A DNA stretch of 63,924 nt, counting the filler, from Octopus bimaculoides (taxonomy: Eukaryota): NCBI RefSeq assembly GCF_001194135.2. It is 6 parts of 6 records of this genome, joined end to end, with 100 filler letters (N's around TTAATTAATTAA, not from the genome) between each part and the next. Parts side by side here need not be neighbours in the genome. Positions count along the whole stretch, not along the records: positions 1 to 22,694 come from NC_068991.1; positions 22,795 to 30,672 come from NC_068987.1; 4 more parts are not named here. One strand, written 5' to 3'. The position numbers and the translations under genes are program-made. Within the stretch, counting starts at the first letter, position 1; the number at the start of each line of letters is the position of its first letter. The notes under the pieces are model-generated. The model did no database searches. It was given only the letters and a program-made list of their open reading frames with translations, and was not told the origin of the DNA. Of the stretch, positions 12,275 through 24,069 are shown piece after piece.

Positions 12275-12400
12275 TAACGGCCATTGTTTGTCGCTTAGTT
12301 TTGATGAATAAGGGAGTCTGATATGGAAGCCCTTTTTGAGTTTCTCGCCGTGATGTAGATTTGTCTAGGTGCTTCTTAAAGGTATTACCCGGTAGGATTT
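12275..12400 (-). mobile_element. Possible CR1/L2-group LINE 3' end
   Basis: Minus strand reads TFKKHLDK, then (across a frameshift) SDSLIHQ, resembling FKxxLD...SNSLxxQ C-termini. Confidence 0.35.
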
Positions 12401-13339
12401 GAGCTCAGCACGTGGAGTAAGAAGAAATGTTACTAAGATTTTTGTCCTATGAGCGAACTATTCTGCCAGCTCACCGTCTTACATTAAATAATAGCAAACG
12501 TAAAAGTAGAAGAATTATCAGGTATATCCCACCCTGTAGCTTAAACGTATTCACACATATTAGTAGGACATTTCTTATAGTGAATAGTAAACTCTGTTCT
12601 GCATCACACAGCTATCACTAAATCTTCAACAACAATTCTACTAGGGTTAAATTCAAATATGAAATAGAAGCAGCGCTAGTGTAATAGGCATTATCGACCA
12701 CATATACTTAACGTATATGCATTGTGTATTTACCGGTAGGCTGTGAGATGGCGTGGTGGAGATAACTCTCTCAAAGCGTTGAGTGTTAAAACACCTGAGA
12801 GTAATGGACAGGCGAGACAACTCACCCCAGATCCCATTCAGGATCGTTAATATATGTGCTCGATAATGTCTACTAGAATCAGTTATAGTAATGTGAGTAA
12901 CGCAGCATTACAAATCTAGAATCACAGCTAGAAATTTATAAACGATATACAATCAGCGTTGCTGAGTGCAGTTTCAGAAACACGACTGCGTGATCTTTCG
13001 ATAGAAATTGCCTAAGTTGCTCTATAAAGCAGATGTTGGATTGGTAGAACTACCACACGGTAAAAATGTACAACGAGGTAATCTAGAATATTTTAAGACA
13101 ATACGTGTGCCTGGTGGTGGTAGTGATGGTGGTGGGAGGCTGGTACGTGTCTTCCTTTTGTGTAGAGCTATTACAAAAGGAGATAATCATTTCTTTATAT
13201 TTGGCAGGATTACAAATTTAAAATTCAAAATTAAGGAATTATAAGGCAAGATTACTAGAATTCATATATACAATTCCATATCTTTATTTGTTCACTTCTT
13301 ACACAGAGCTTAACATTTATATATATATCAATACACACA

Positions 13340-13387
<48 letters not shown>

Positions 13388-13401
13388 TAATACATACATA
13401 T

Positions 13402-13446
<45 letters not shown>

Positions 13447-14374
13447 TATACGTATACATATNNNNNNNNNNATATACGTATACATATACATATACATATA
13501 CACACACACATACACACACATATGCGTGTATGTGTCTCTCTCGTTTCTATGCTATCTGTCACGTTCTTTGGTCTTCTCTCTCTGCCTTCTGCTTATTCCT
13601 CTCTCCTACTACTGACACGTGATCTGTTGTCTCTGTTTCATCTCTTCCTTTTTGCAACCAGCTCACATAGCGAGCAGTCGCATTTTTCTCGTCTCCCGCT
13701 CTATTCACTTTTCGCTGTATATCCTTAGGATACTCTCCCAGCTTTGAATATTTTCGTCTCCTCTTTGGCCCTGAGGCCTTATTTTGTTCTTTTATTCATA
13801 TCAATTCGTTTGTATGCCCACAGTCCCGTTGCTTCCTTCACTGTACTTCGGACACCCAATAACTATCTTGGTTTGTATTGCATTTACTCCACCTTTGTAT
13901 GTTGACTATTTAAATTTCATTCTTGTATGTTTGTAGATATTCTGTCTTGTCTTTTGGCTCGCCAATTCTCATCGTCTTGTGCTGTCGGCAGCACCAGTGG
14001 CGATGCAATATTATCAGTTAGGCGCGAAACTGCGTTTGACCCGCTGGCCAGATAATTGATGAGGAGTTGGCGACCATCTATGTCTGTTTCTCGTTTGTTT
14101 GTGCATTTAATATATTTGTTTTTTAACTCATTATTTGATGCAACGCTACGTACACCAAAAAGATTATATATATGGGGATGACAACGATAATCAGTGTTGT
14201 GTATTAATGCAAAGGTGTTACCAAATATGCTTGAAGCATATTCGAAACAGTATGAAAGACATTCACTGCGTTTTGTCACGAAGGAAATTTCTCGCTGTTA
14301 ACAAATAGGTGTAAATAGGGCGAATCAGCTCGCAGCGCCATCTTCCTCACCTCACCTCTGTATCACTCTTTTCG

Positions 14375-14788
14375 GTTTGACTTTCTATCTTTTACCTTTA
14401 GCTTGCCTTAGCCATTGGCCTTCGGCACCGCCTTGAAGGGCTTTATTCGAACGAATCGAACCCAATAATTTTTTTCTTCTTATACGTTTGGCACCCTATT
14501 GCCGAACTGATAATTGACGGGGACATAAACTAGCCATCACCGGTTGTCAAGCGGTGGTGGGGTACAAACACAATACAGACACAAAGACACATACGCAGAG
14601 ATGCAAACACAAATTCATATGTATGTACATCTATATTCACGCATACACGCACGCACGTCTACCAAATCTACTCACAAAGCATTGGACGCCCCGGGGTTAC
14701 AAAAGACACCTAAGCAAGATGCCGCGCTGTAGGACTGAACCTAAGACCGCATCGTTGGGAAGCAAGCTTCTTAATCACACATCCACGA
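14375..14788 (-). mobile_element. SINE family A, diverged full-length copy
   Basis: Reverse-complement head (GGAAGCAAGCTTCTTAATCACACATCCACG), body (TCTACCAAATCTACTCACAAAGC) and 3' part. Confidence 0.8.
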
Positions 14789-15109
14789 TATGTGTTTTTC
14801 CTTGTGTCTTTCTTATTTCCTTTCTTCTCTCCTTCTTTCTTTACTTCATTCTGCCTTCCTTTTCCCACTCGCCCCTCGTCTCACTTCCACGCATTTGAAA
14901 TTTTCTCTCTTTAAATCTCGTTTAACTTCTCACTCTTACGTAATTTGTCATTATCTTTCACCAAAAGTTACTATATATGTATATCTGTCTCTCTTTGTCT
15001 GCCGTTCACACTGTCTCACCTCTGTATGTCTTTTTCTCTTACACACCCTGTCTCTCACTTACACACATACGCACACAAACCCTCTCTAATCTGTCTGTTT
15101 CTCTCTCAC

Positions 15110-16010
15110 AAACTCACGCAAAAGCTTTCTCCTCTCCATCTCTCTCCCTCTCTCTGTCTCTCACACAAAATCTCCCTCCTCTCCCTCCCTCTCCCTCGCT
15201 CACACAAAATCTCTCTCCTCTCCCTCCCTCTCCCCCACTCACACAAAATCTCTCTCCTCTTCCCCTCTCTCTCTCACTCCCTCACTCACACAAAATCTCT
15301 CTACTCTCGCTACTCTCTCTCTCTGTCTCCATCTGCCTATCTATCTCGATGCTTTCTCTTCCGACTTTCACTCATCCCTCTCTTTCTCTATGTCTCTTTT
15401 TCTCTCTTTTTCTCTGCTACTCTACGATCTTCCTCTCATTTTCATTCATTATATCTCCCCGCAGTCTCTCTTCACTCTTTCTAGTTTTCTCCTTTCTTCT
15501 GACTCTCTCTCTCTGACTCTCTCTCTCTCTCTCTCTCTACCGTTTTCTTTTTTCCTTTCTCTTTCTCTCTCTTTCTACCGCTCTCTCACCTCCCTTTATC
15601 CCTGTCTCGCTCTAGCGCTCTCTCTCTCTCTCTCTCTCTTCCTCTCTCTCTCTCCCTCTTCCTCTCTCTCTCTCTCTCTTTCTCACTCTCACTCTCTCTC
15701 TCACTCGCTCGCTCTAACGCTCTCTCTTTTCTCACTCTCCCTCTCTCTCCCACTTGCTCGCTCGCTCTTGCGCTCTCTCTTGCTCAACCACTCTCCTTCT
15801 CTAGACTGCTCTCTCTCTTTCTCTTTCTACCGTTTTCTTTCTTCCTTTCTCTTTCTCTCTCTTTCTACCGCTCTTTCACCTCTCTCTATCCCTGTCTCGT
15901 TCTAGCGTTCTCTCTCTCTCCCTCTCTCTCACTCTCTCTCTCTCACTCACTCTCTCTCCCTGTCTCTCTCTAGCACTCCCTCTTACTCTTTCTCTCTCTC
16001 TCTCTCTATG
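15110..16010. repeat. ~0.9 kb CT-rich polypyrimidine tract with internal higher-order repeats
   Basis: Four ~39-47 bp units starting TCACACAAAATCTC (15161-15305). An ~85 bp segment is duplicated at 15535 and 15825. Confidence 0.9.
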
Positions 16011-16215
16011 ACTTTTCACGGCGTTATTCTTCACCCCTTCCCCACCTTCATTTTCAGTTTTCACCCATCCCCCCGCCAACAGGACCCACAATACACTCCA
16101 ATTTCCGGTCATACAATTCATGTCTCCATCATCTAAAGCCTGCTACCATCTTGCAACCATTCATTTATATGTTGTTGTTTTTTGTTTGTGTTTGTATTTG
16201 TTTGGGGTTCTTTTT

Positions 16216-16248
<33 letters not shown>

Positions 16249-16324
16249 ATTTGCAGGTTTGTTTCGACGCCACACTTCTTAATAAATGACATATTTACAG
16301 CAATGAACGAGACTCATGGCTAAT

Positions 16325-16489
16325 ACACAACCACTACCAACACCACCACCATCACCACCAACAACAACAACAGCATCACTATCATCATCACCACCACCAC
16401 CACCACCACCACCACCGACACCGATACGACCACCACTACCATTACCAACACTACCACCAAAGTCGCCACGACCACCAAAATCGCTGCTG

Positions 16490-16532
<43 letters not shown>

Positions 16533-16768
16533 AGCTGCTACAGCTGCTTCGGCTGCTGCCGCTACTATTACAACTACCACCACCACAACGACTACTGCTA
16601 CTACTACCACCACAACCTCTACTACAACTACTAATACAACAAATTTTACTACTATTACTACCACTACTACTACTACTACTACAACTATAACCACCACTTC
16701 TATTACTACTACTACTACTATTACTACAAATACCACTACTACTACTACTAGAAATACTGCTGCTGCAC

Positions 16769-16799
<31 letters not shown>

Positions 16800-16812
16800 A
16801 CCATTACTACTA
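16325..16812. repeat. Compound ACC/ACT/GCT trinucleotide tract
   Basis: Direct reading. Confidence 0.9.
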
Positions 16813-16949
16813 ATATCGTTGAAAGCAACACTTCGAACCGCGATTGATGGTCTATGTGGTCAATGGAATTGCTAAGAATAGCAGCTAAATCTCCCACAGA
16901 ACGTATTTTTCTTAGGGAAACAAAAAACGTGTGATATATTGTTGTCCAG

Positions 16950-17300
16950 GCGCTGACATAGCTGTGTGGTTAAGAAGCTTTCCTTGCAACATCATGGTTA
17001 CGGGTTCAGTACCACGGCCTGACACTTGGGCTGCACTTCTTTTTTTTATTATAGCCCCAGACCAAATAACTTCCGAGTGAATTTTGGTAAATAGAAACTG
17101 TGTAGAAGCCTATGTGTGTGTGTCTTTGAGCTTGTGTTTGTTCCTCAACTGCTGGACGACTGGTGTTGGTTTGTTCATGTCCGCGTAACACAGCGATTCA
17201 GCATAGAGACCGATGCAGTCAGTACGAGTTCTTCGACAAAAACCTATTAGTGGTGCTCCAATATGGCCACCGTTCAATGACTGAAGCAAGTAAAAAAGAA
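16950..17300 (+). mobile_element. SINE family A, diverged
   Basis: CTGTGTGGTTAAGAAGCTT head through ATGGCCACCGTTCAATGACTGAAGCAAGTAAAA tail. Confidence 0.85.
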
Positions 17301-17359
17301 CTAGATAAATAAATAAATAAACCTCGTTGATTAATGTAGCTCTAGATATATTATTTTCA

Positions 17360-17985
17360 CATTTTAGCACAAGGCCTGCAACTTTGGTGGAGGGGGTTAG
17401 TCGATTACTTGCGACCCCCATGCTCAAAAAGTACTTAATTTATCGACCCCGAAAGTATGAAAAAGGAAAGTCGACTTCGGTGGAATTTGAACTCAAAATA
17501 TGAAGACGGATGAAATGCCGCTAAGCATTTTTCCCCGGCGTGCTAACGATTCTTTTCAACTATAGGCACAAGGCCTGAAATTTGGGGGAAGGGAATAAGA
17601 CGATTACATCGACCCCAGTGCGTAACTGGTACTTAATTTATCGACTCCGAAAGGATGAAAGGCAAAGTCGACCTCGGCGGAATTTGAACTTACAGGAAGC
17701 GGCAGACGAAATACCGCTAAGCATTTCGTCCGACGTGCTAACGATTCTTATTTCTTTATTGCCCACAAAGGGCTAACATAGAAGGGACAAACAAGGACAG
17801 ACAAAGGGATTAAGTCGATTACATCGACCCCAGTGTTTCACTGGTGCTTAATTTATCGACCCCCGAAAGGATGAAAGGCAAAGTCGACCTCGGTGGAATT
17901 TGAACTGAGAACGTAAAGACAAACGAAATACCGCCAAGCATTTCATCCGGCCTGCTAAAGATTCCGCCAGTTCGCCACCTTCAAT
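17360..17985 (-). mobile_element. SINE family B, head-to-tail trimer
   Basis: Three successive GAAAGGCAAAGTCGAC...GGAATTTGAACT bodies, with only one complete head (at 17980). Confidence 0.9.
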
Positions 17986-18244
17986 GTAGTTCCAGACATG
18001 TTAAACAACAGAATGGAATAACTACTATGCTCGGTCTACACAGACAGGACTGGAAGGTTACTAGACAATTACGGTAACAGAATAAATAACAACAAGACCG
18101 ACGAGACAACATTTTCAGCAAACTGTAATAACTATATTTACCTTATCTAATTTTATGACACAATTTTCATTTCAACATCACATATCATTCTCTCACCTCC
18201 TTCTTCCTTTCTATTTTATTTTGTCTCTCTGCCTCTCTTTCACT

Positions 18245-18290
<46 letters not shown>

Positions 18291-18635
18291 TTCTCTTTAA
18301 CTTCATTGCTTTTTCTATTCCTTTCTTTATCCGCCATATTAATAATAGCGAATTCCTCACAGCTTCATCGTGCGCTAATTCATGTGTGACTGTGTGGGGT
18401 ATATTTTCTTTGTGTTTGTGTGTGTGTGTGCGTGTGGGGGCGGTGTTTGGGTGGGTATCATTTATTATTAAACTGAGCTCATGTTAAGGANNNNNNNNNN
18501 NNNNNNNNNNNNNNNNNNNNNNNNNNNNNNNNNNNNNNNNNNNNNNNNNNNNNNNNNNNNNNNNNNNNNNNNNNNNNNNNNNNNNNNNNNNNNNNNNNNN
18601 NNNNNNNNNNNNNNATATATATATATATATATATA

Positions 18636-18797
18636 CGAAGGGCTTCTGTCAGTTTCCCTCTACCAAATCCAATCACAAGGCTTTGGTCGGCCCGAGGCTA
18701 TAGCAGGAGACAGTTGCACAAGGTACCACGCAGTGGGAACTAAACCCGGGACCATGTGGTTTGTAAGCAAGCTACTTACCACACAGCCACGCCTGCC
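18636..18797 (-). mobile_element. SINE family A, 5' half
   Basis: Reverse complement of the family A head and body. Confidence 0.9.
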
Positions 18798-18812
18798 CCA
18801 ATATATATATAC

Positions 18813-18844
<32 letters not shown>

Positions 18845-18894
18845 TAATATATATACATACATATACATATATATATATATATACATATATATAT

Positions 18895-19090
18895 ATGGGA
18901 GAATATACAAATAATAACAACAGACGAGGACAGGTGGTGTAAATAACAAAAGGATGTATTAGTATGACGCTCGGGAATACGGAAAGTCTTTGACGTTTCG
19001 AGCTACGCTCTTCAACAGAAAGAATACGGAGACAAGGAGAAAAACACGGAGAAGAAAAATTGAATAGTGTTCAGTCAACGGTCAATCATA
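18895..19090 (-). mobile_element. Penelope-like element terminal (pLTR-like) fragment
   Basis: Contains a hammerhead-like fold. GAAACGTCAAAGACTTTCC..ATTCCCGAGCGTCA.ACTAATACA recurs at 29638-29685. Confidence 0.65.
18987..19023 (-). ncRNA. Minimal type I hammerhead ribozyme-like motif (A6U variant)
   Basis: 5'-TCTTT CTGTTGA A GAGC-GTA-GCTC GAAAC GTC|AAAGA-3': 5-bp stem I, 4-bp stem II, palindromic ACGT stem III. Confidence 0.55.
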
Positions 19091-19339
19091 ATNNNNNNNN
19101 NNNNNNNNNNNNNNNNNNNNNNNNNNNNNNNNNNNNNNNNNNNNNNNNNNNNNNNNNNNNNNNNNNNNNNNNNNNNNNNNNNNNNNNNNNNNNNNNNNNN
19201 NNNNNNNNNNNNNNNNNNNNNNNNNNNNNNNNNNNNNNNNNNNNNNNNNNNNNNNNNNNNNNNNNNNNNNNNNNNNNNNNNNNNNNNNNNNNNTGTGTGT
19301 ATATGTATATACATATACAGATCCGACCCCAGCACAGTT

Positions 19340-19499
19340 CCCGTCTACCAAATCCACTCATAAGGCATTGGTGGATCCGAGGCTATAGTAGAAGACACTT
19401 GCCCTAGATGTTACTCAGTGGGACTGAATCAGAAACGTCGAGCCTGCAAAGCAATCTTCTTAACACCCACGCCTGCGCCTATTTGTATATTTGCGTATA

Positions 19500-19536
<37 letters not shown>

Positions 19537-19660
19537 ACGTGTTTCTTCAACCGACAGGTCACAGTTAAATACGACTATAAGCCGAACGAACAGCAGCTTC
19601 AGTATTCTTTTGTTCTTTTACTTGTTTCAGTCATTTGACTGCGGCCATGCTAGAGCACCA
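19340..19660 (-). mobile_element. SINE family A fragments (5' half 19340-19478; 3' end of another copy 19600-19660)
   Basis: GTCTACCAAATCCACTCATAAGGC...CTTCTTAACACC and TTTTACTTGTTTCAGTCATTTGACTGCGGCCATGCTAGAGCACC. Confidence 0.8.
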
Positions 19661-21344
19661 AGTTCAGGACCTATCCATCCATCTAGACAGATGGACTGAT
19701 AGATTTGTGTGTTCCTTTGTATGTGCATATATATATATATATATATGTGTGTATATATATATATATATANNNNNNNNNNNNNNNNNNNNNNNNNNNNNNN
19801 NNNNNNNNNNNNNNNNNNNNNNNNNNNNNNNNNNNNNNNNNNNNNNNNNNNNNNNNNNNNNNNNNNNNNNNNNNNNNNNNNNNNNNNNNNNNNNNNNNNN
19901 NNNNNNNNNNNNNNNNNNNNNNNNNNNNNNNNNNNNNNNNNNNNNNNNNNNNNNNNNNNNNNNNNNNNNNNNNNNNNNNNNNNNNNNNNNNNNNNNNNNN
20001 NNNNNNNNNNNNNNNNNNNNNNNNNNNNNNNNNNNNNNNNNNNNNNNNNNNNNNNNNNNNNNNNNNNNNNNNNNNNNNNNNNNNNNNNATATCGTATCCC
20101 AAAAGGATAGGTGATCAAAATCAAAAAATAAGCAACACGGATTTCAAAGGTGATTGCAGTACGCACGTTTCATGCTACTCCAATTTATTTAAGTAATGCG
20201 AGCATTACCTTAAATGCAATATGAAGAGCAATCTTCAGCTGCACGAAAATGCAGAAAAATTACTGTAGAAAAGACATATTATAAATGTGGCAACATTTCA
20301 AATCCAAGTGGGAGAGAGAATACATAAAAATCCAAATGTGAGGAAGGATACATAAGTCCATCTTGACATAGCCGAGTCTATATATATATAACTGGGAAGG
20401 CCTAAACTTCCCAGTTCTTTTACAGGACTTAGAAAACCTGAAGAACCATTGCAATAAGTATGTGAATCTGAGAAGGGAATATATTGAATAAAATCACAAT
20501 AAACTGATCCTCCTGTATTTTCTTTTACCCAAAGTCAGGAACTTTTCAGCACCTCCTCCTATTTATATTCATGTATGCAAGTAAGACTGTGTCTACGAGT
20601 ATTTGTATTCGTGTTTCTGTTTGTGTGTATGCTTAAATATGTTTGTATGCGTGTATACATGTGCCTGTGTATCTCTGTTCGTGTAAATATATATCTTTGC
20701 ATGTGTTTGTATTTCTGGATGCGTATGAGCTTGTATGTGTGCGTATGCTAGTGTTTGTTTATTTGCATAAGGATATTTATGTGTGCATATGCATGTACTG
20801 TGTGTGCGTGTGTGTGATGTGTGTTTTTTTTATGGGACTGTATGTGTACGTATGTCTATGCAAACTCGTATAACCCTGTATGAATGTATGTGCGTACAGG
20901 ATCTGTTTCAAGTGACGTGTTTTATGTGTGTCTGATGTGTGTGTGTGTATGCATATATTTCTAAGTATATGAGTGTGTGTCTGACTGTGTGAGCGTACGT
21001 CTGTGTCTCAGAGTGCGTACGTGTGAGCTAGCGTGTGGCCATGCATGCCTCTGTGTGTGTGTCTCTGTGTCTGTGTCTGTCTGCTTCTGTTTGTGTACGT
21101 GTGCATGTGTGTGTGTGTGTGTGTATGTGTGTGTGTGCATGTGTGTGTGTGTGCATGTGTGTGTGTATGTGTGTGTGTGTGTGTATGTGTGTTTGCATGT
21201 GTGTGTGTGTTTGCATGTGTGTGTGTGTGTGTGTGTGTGTGTGATTGCTATCTTGCAACACCTCGTCAATCATATGTGGTCCATTCTCTGATTAACATGA
21301 ATTAAAATTCGTTTCCAGCTCTTTCGGGGTAACTTGAGAGACAA

Positions 21345-22130
21345 GTGGAGTGGAGAGAGAGAGAGAGGGAGAGAAAGGAAAAGAGAGAAAGAGAGAGAGA
21401 GAGAGAGGGGGAGAGTTAGGAAGAGAAGGACGAAGAAGAATGAGAGATGCAGCAGAAAAAGATAAACACAGGAAGAGAGAAGGGGTGCATAGGCGCGTAT
21501 GTGTGCGAAGGGTTAGGGAGAGTATAAGATACCAAGAGAGATGCTGGAATATATGATGTTCAAATAAAGCAAGATATATATGTATATAAATATATATATA
21601 TAGAGAGAGAGAGAGGGGGGATGAAAGAACGAGAGAGACGAAGAGAGAAGCAGACCAATATGTAATAAGAAAGAGAAGCGAGTAGAAATAAAAAAACAGA
21701 TTGAGAAATGAAAGAACGAGGAACAGAAATTCATAGATAGAGAGAAAACGAGAGAGGGGAACGAGAGAAGGATACTGAGAAAGAAAATGGGAACGAGAGA
21801 GAGAGAAAGAGAAAGAGAGAGATGGACAGACAGTGTGTGAACGAGGGGGAGAAATATGAAGAGGGAGAAGAAGGTAGGGAGAGATACAGGAGGAAATTGA
21901 CGGAGGATAACAGGGTGTTGAATATATTCGGACAAAAGTATAAAAAGAAAAGAAAAGAAAAAAAAGAAGAATAGGAAAGAGAAGGAAAGAAATAATCACG
22001 AAAAATAAATAGAAAGAAAGATAGAAGGAAAGAGGTAAGGAATATAAGGTAGAAGATAGGAACGGGGTAGGGGACGGGAAAGTAGCATGAACTGGATAAA
22101 AAGGCAAGAAAAACTACGAAAAAATGGAAT
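21345..22130. repeat. GA-rich polypurine low-complexity tract
   Basis: Direct reading. Confidence 0.85.
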
Positions 22131-22647
22131 AGGAAATAGTTGAAGAGGGACAGAATGATAATGCCAACCACACCATCGAAGAATAAGCAACAACAACGAT
22201 ATAATGTAATGGATATTTATAAGGAGAAAAAATAATAAAACGTAATGAAAGAATAGAAAATAACTAGTATTAAAAAAAAAGACAGCAGGAAGTAGAAAAT
22301 ATATAATGATGAATAAAATAAGAAAAAAATGAAAGAAAATGTAATAAAAACAACGAATTTCGTTCGTAACTATAGGATGTAGCAATAGTTTGTGAATCTT
22401 TAAGAATAAATACATACAATGGCTGACGATCAGGAAATAGCAGACAATAAGCAGACGATAATGTCGGCTCAAGAATTGCCGTGAGTGGATCAACGAACGA
22501 GACTTCGGCGTTATCTGTATAAAACTGTGTCTCCATCTGAAGGGGTTGGAGCGGAAAGATAGACGTGTGGTTGGATGATGGAGAGACGGATGGGTAAGTA
22601 GGGGGAAAGACGGGGTGGGCACGGAATGAATGAGTAGATGGTGGGGG

Positions 22648-22694
<47 letters not shown>

Positions 22695-22738
22695 NNNNNN
22701 NNNNNNNNNNNNNNNNNNNNNNNNNNNNNNNNNNNNNN

Positions 22739-22750
22739 TTAATTAATTAA
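22739..22750. other. Artificial scaffold linker TTAATTAATTAA inside a 100-bp gap
   Basis: 44 N + TTAATTAATTAA + 44 N; the same 12-mer island occurs five times. Confidence 0.9.
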
Positions 22751-24020
22751 NNNNNNNNNNNNNNNNNNNNNNNNNNNNNNNNNNNNNNNNNNNNTATATA
22801 TATTATGTATATGTAGCCGTGTATATACACACACGCACACTCATATATGTATGTATGTACGTATTCATACGAGCATGTTTATGTGTCTATGTGTGTGCAA
22901 ATATATATAAATATAATGAAAGGTGATATTAACGATAATAAGGACATTGTATACGTGTACGTTCATCTCTGTGTGCTGAAAATTGGATCCGTTGCATGAA
23001 TAAATACGTACTGAAGGTATTTTTCTCCTTTGATATGATGTTCCACTAAATTTCTGCTTGTGTTCCTTGTCAGTTTTTATTTCATACGTACATCTCTGCT
23101 GAATTTGTAGACTTCAAGCGTCTTCTTCCAACATTTTGCTTCAATTTACGCTCGTAAAATTCTCAAGCAAGTACTTGTGACTGACTGAAGTGCGCTTCGT
23201 AAAATGCAGATGAACTTTTAGCGTTATTATCTTGTCAGTCGTATCTGCATTTCTTTCATATTTATATTAAGGTTAACTATACATCATCTCATCACATCGC
23301 ATCACATTACATTACCTCACATCACGAGCAACAGTAATAAGAACCAGGGCTACCTCACATACCTTCACCAGCTCTTTCACCGATAACACCATACACTTAA
23401 CGCTCTACGTCATCCCTAGCTGACTTGGCGAAATATTATGGTTGTCTTATATCGGTATTTGCATTCAAATTCCACAAAATATTCAGCAGTCATCCTTCAA
23501 ATCTTTCTTCGTATTTTACATTTGTACGACTGTAAAGTTTGACGCTTTCTGCATGCGATTAATTTTTCGTGTATTTATTTATTTATTTATATATTTCTTT
23601 GTTATCATTTGCATTGTGGCTAAACGTATATCCTTTACTTCCCTCCAGCTCTTTCTCTCTCTATCCCTCTCTCCTCTCACTCTCTGTTTATACACAGATA
23701 CCCAGGTATATGTATGTGCGTGTATGTGTACCTTTGTCATTTCTTTTTTCTCTCTCTCCCTGTCTTTCTCAGGCTCCCTCTCCCCGTCTCTCTTGATCTC
23801 GCTCTGTTGTGTGTGCGTGTGTGTGTGTGTGTGCGTGTGTGTGTGTGCGTGTGTGTGATGGGTGTGCGTGCGTGTGTGTGTGCGTATGTGTCTTCGTGCA
23901 CGCGCGATTGTCTCTCTTTTGACATTTAATTTTTGAAAAACCGCTGCTGTAGATTTAGGTTCAATTGCCTCTACATATGTATATTATAGAAACAGTAATA
24001 GTAGTAGTAGTAGCAGCAGC

Positions 24021-24069
<49 letters not shown>

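Noticed and set aside
16316-16736. Pro/Thr/Leu-rich ORFs resembling mucin or extensin
   Set aside because: Pure trinucleotide low complexity, open on both strands, with no splice or domain support.
17360-17985. CRISPR-like repeat-spacer pattern
   Set aside because: The units are ~200-bp SINE copies in eukaryotic DNA, with no unique spacers or cas genes.
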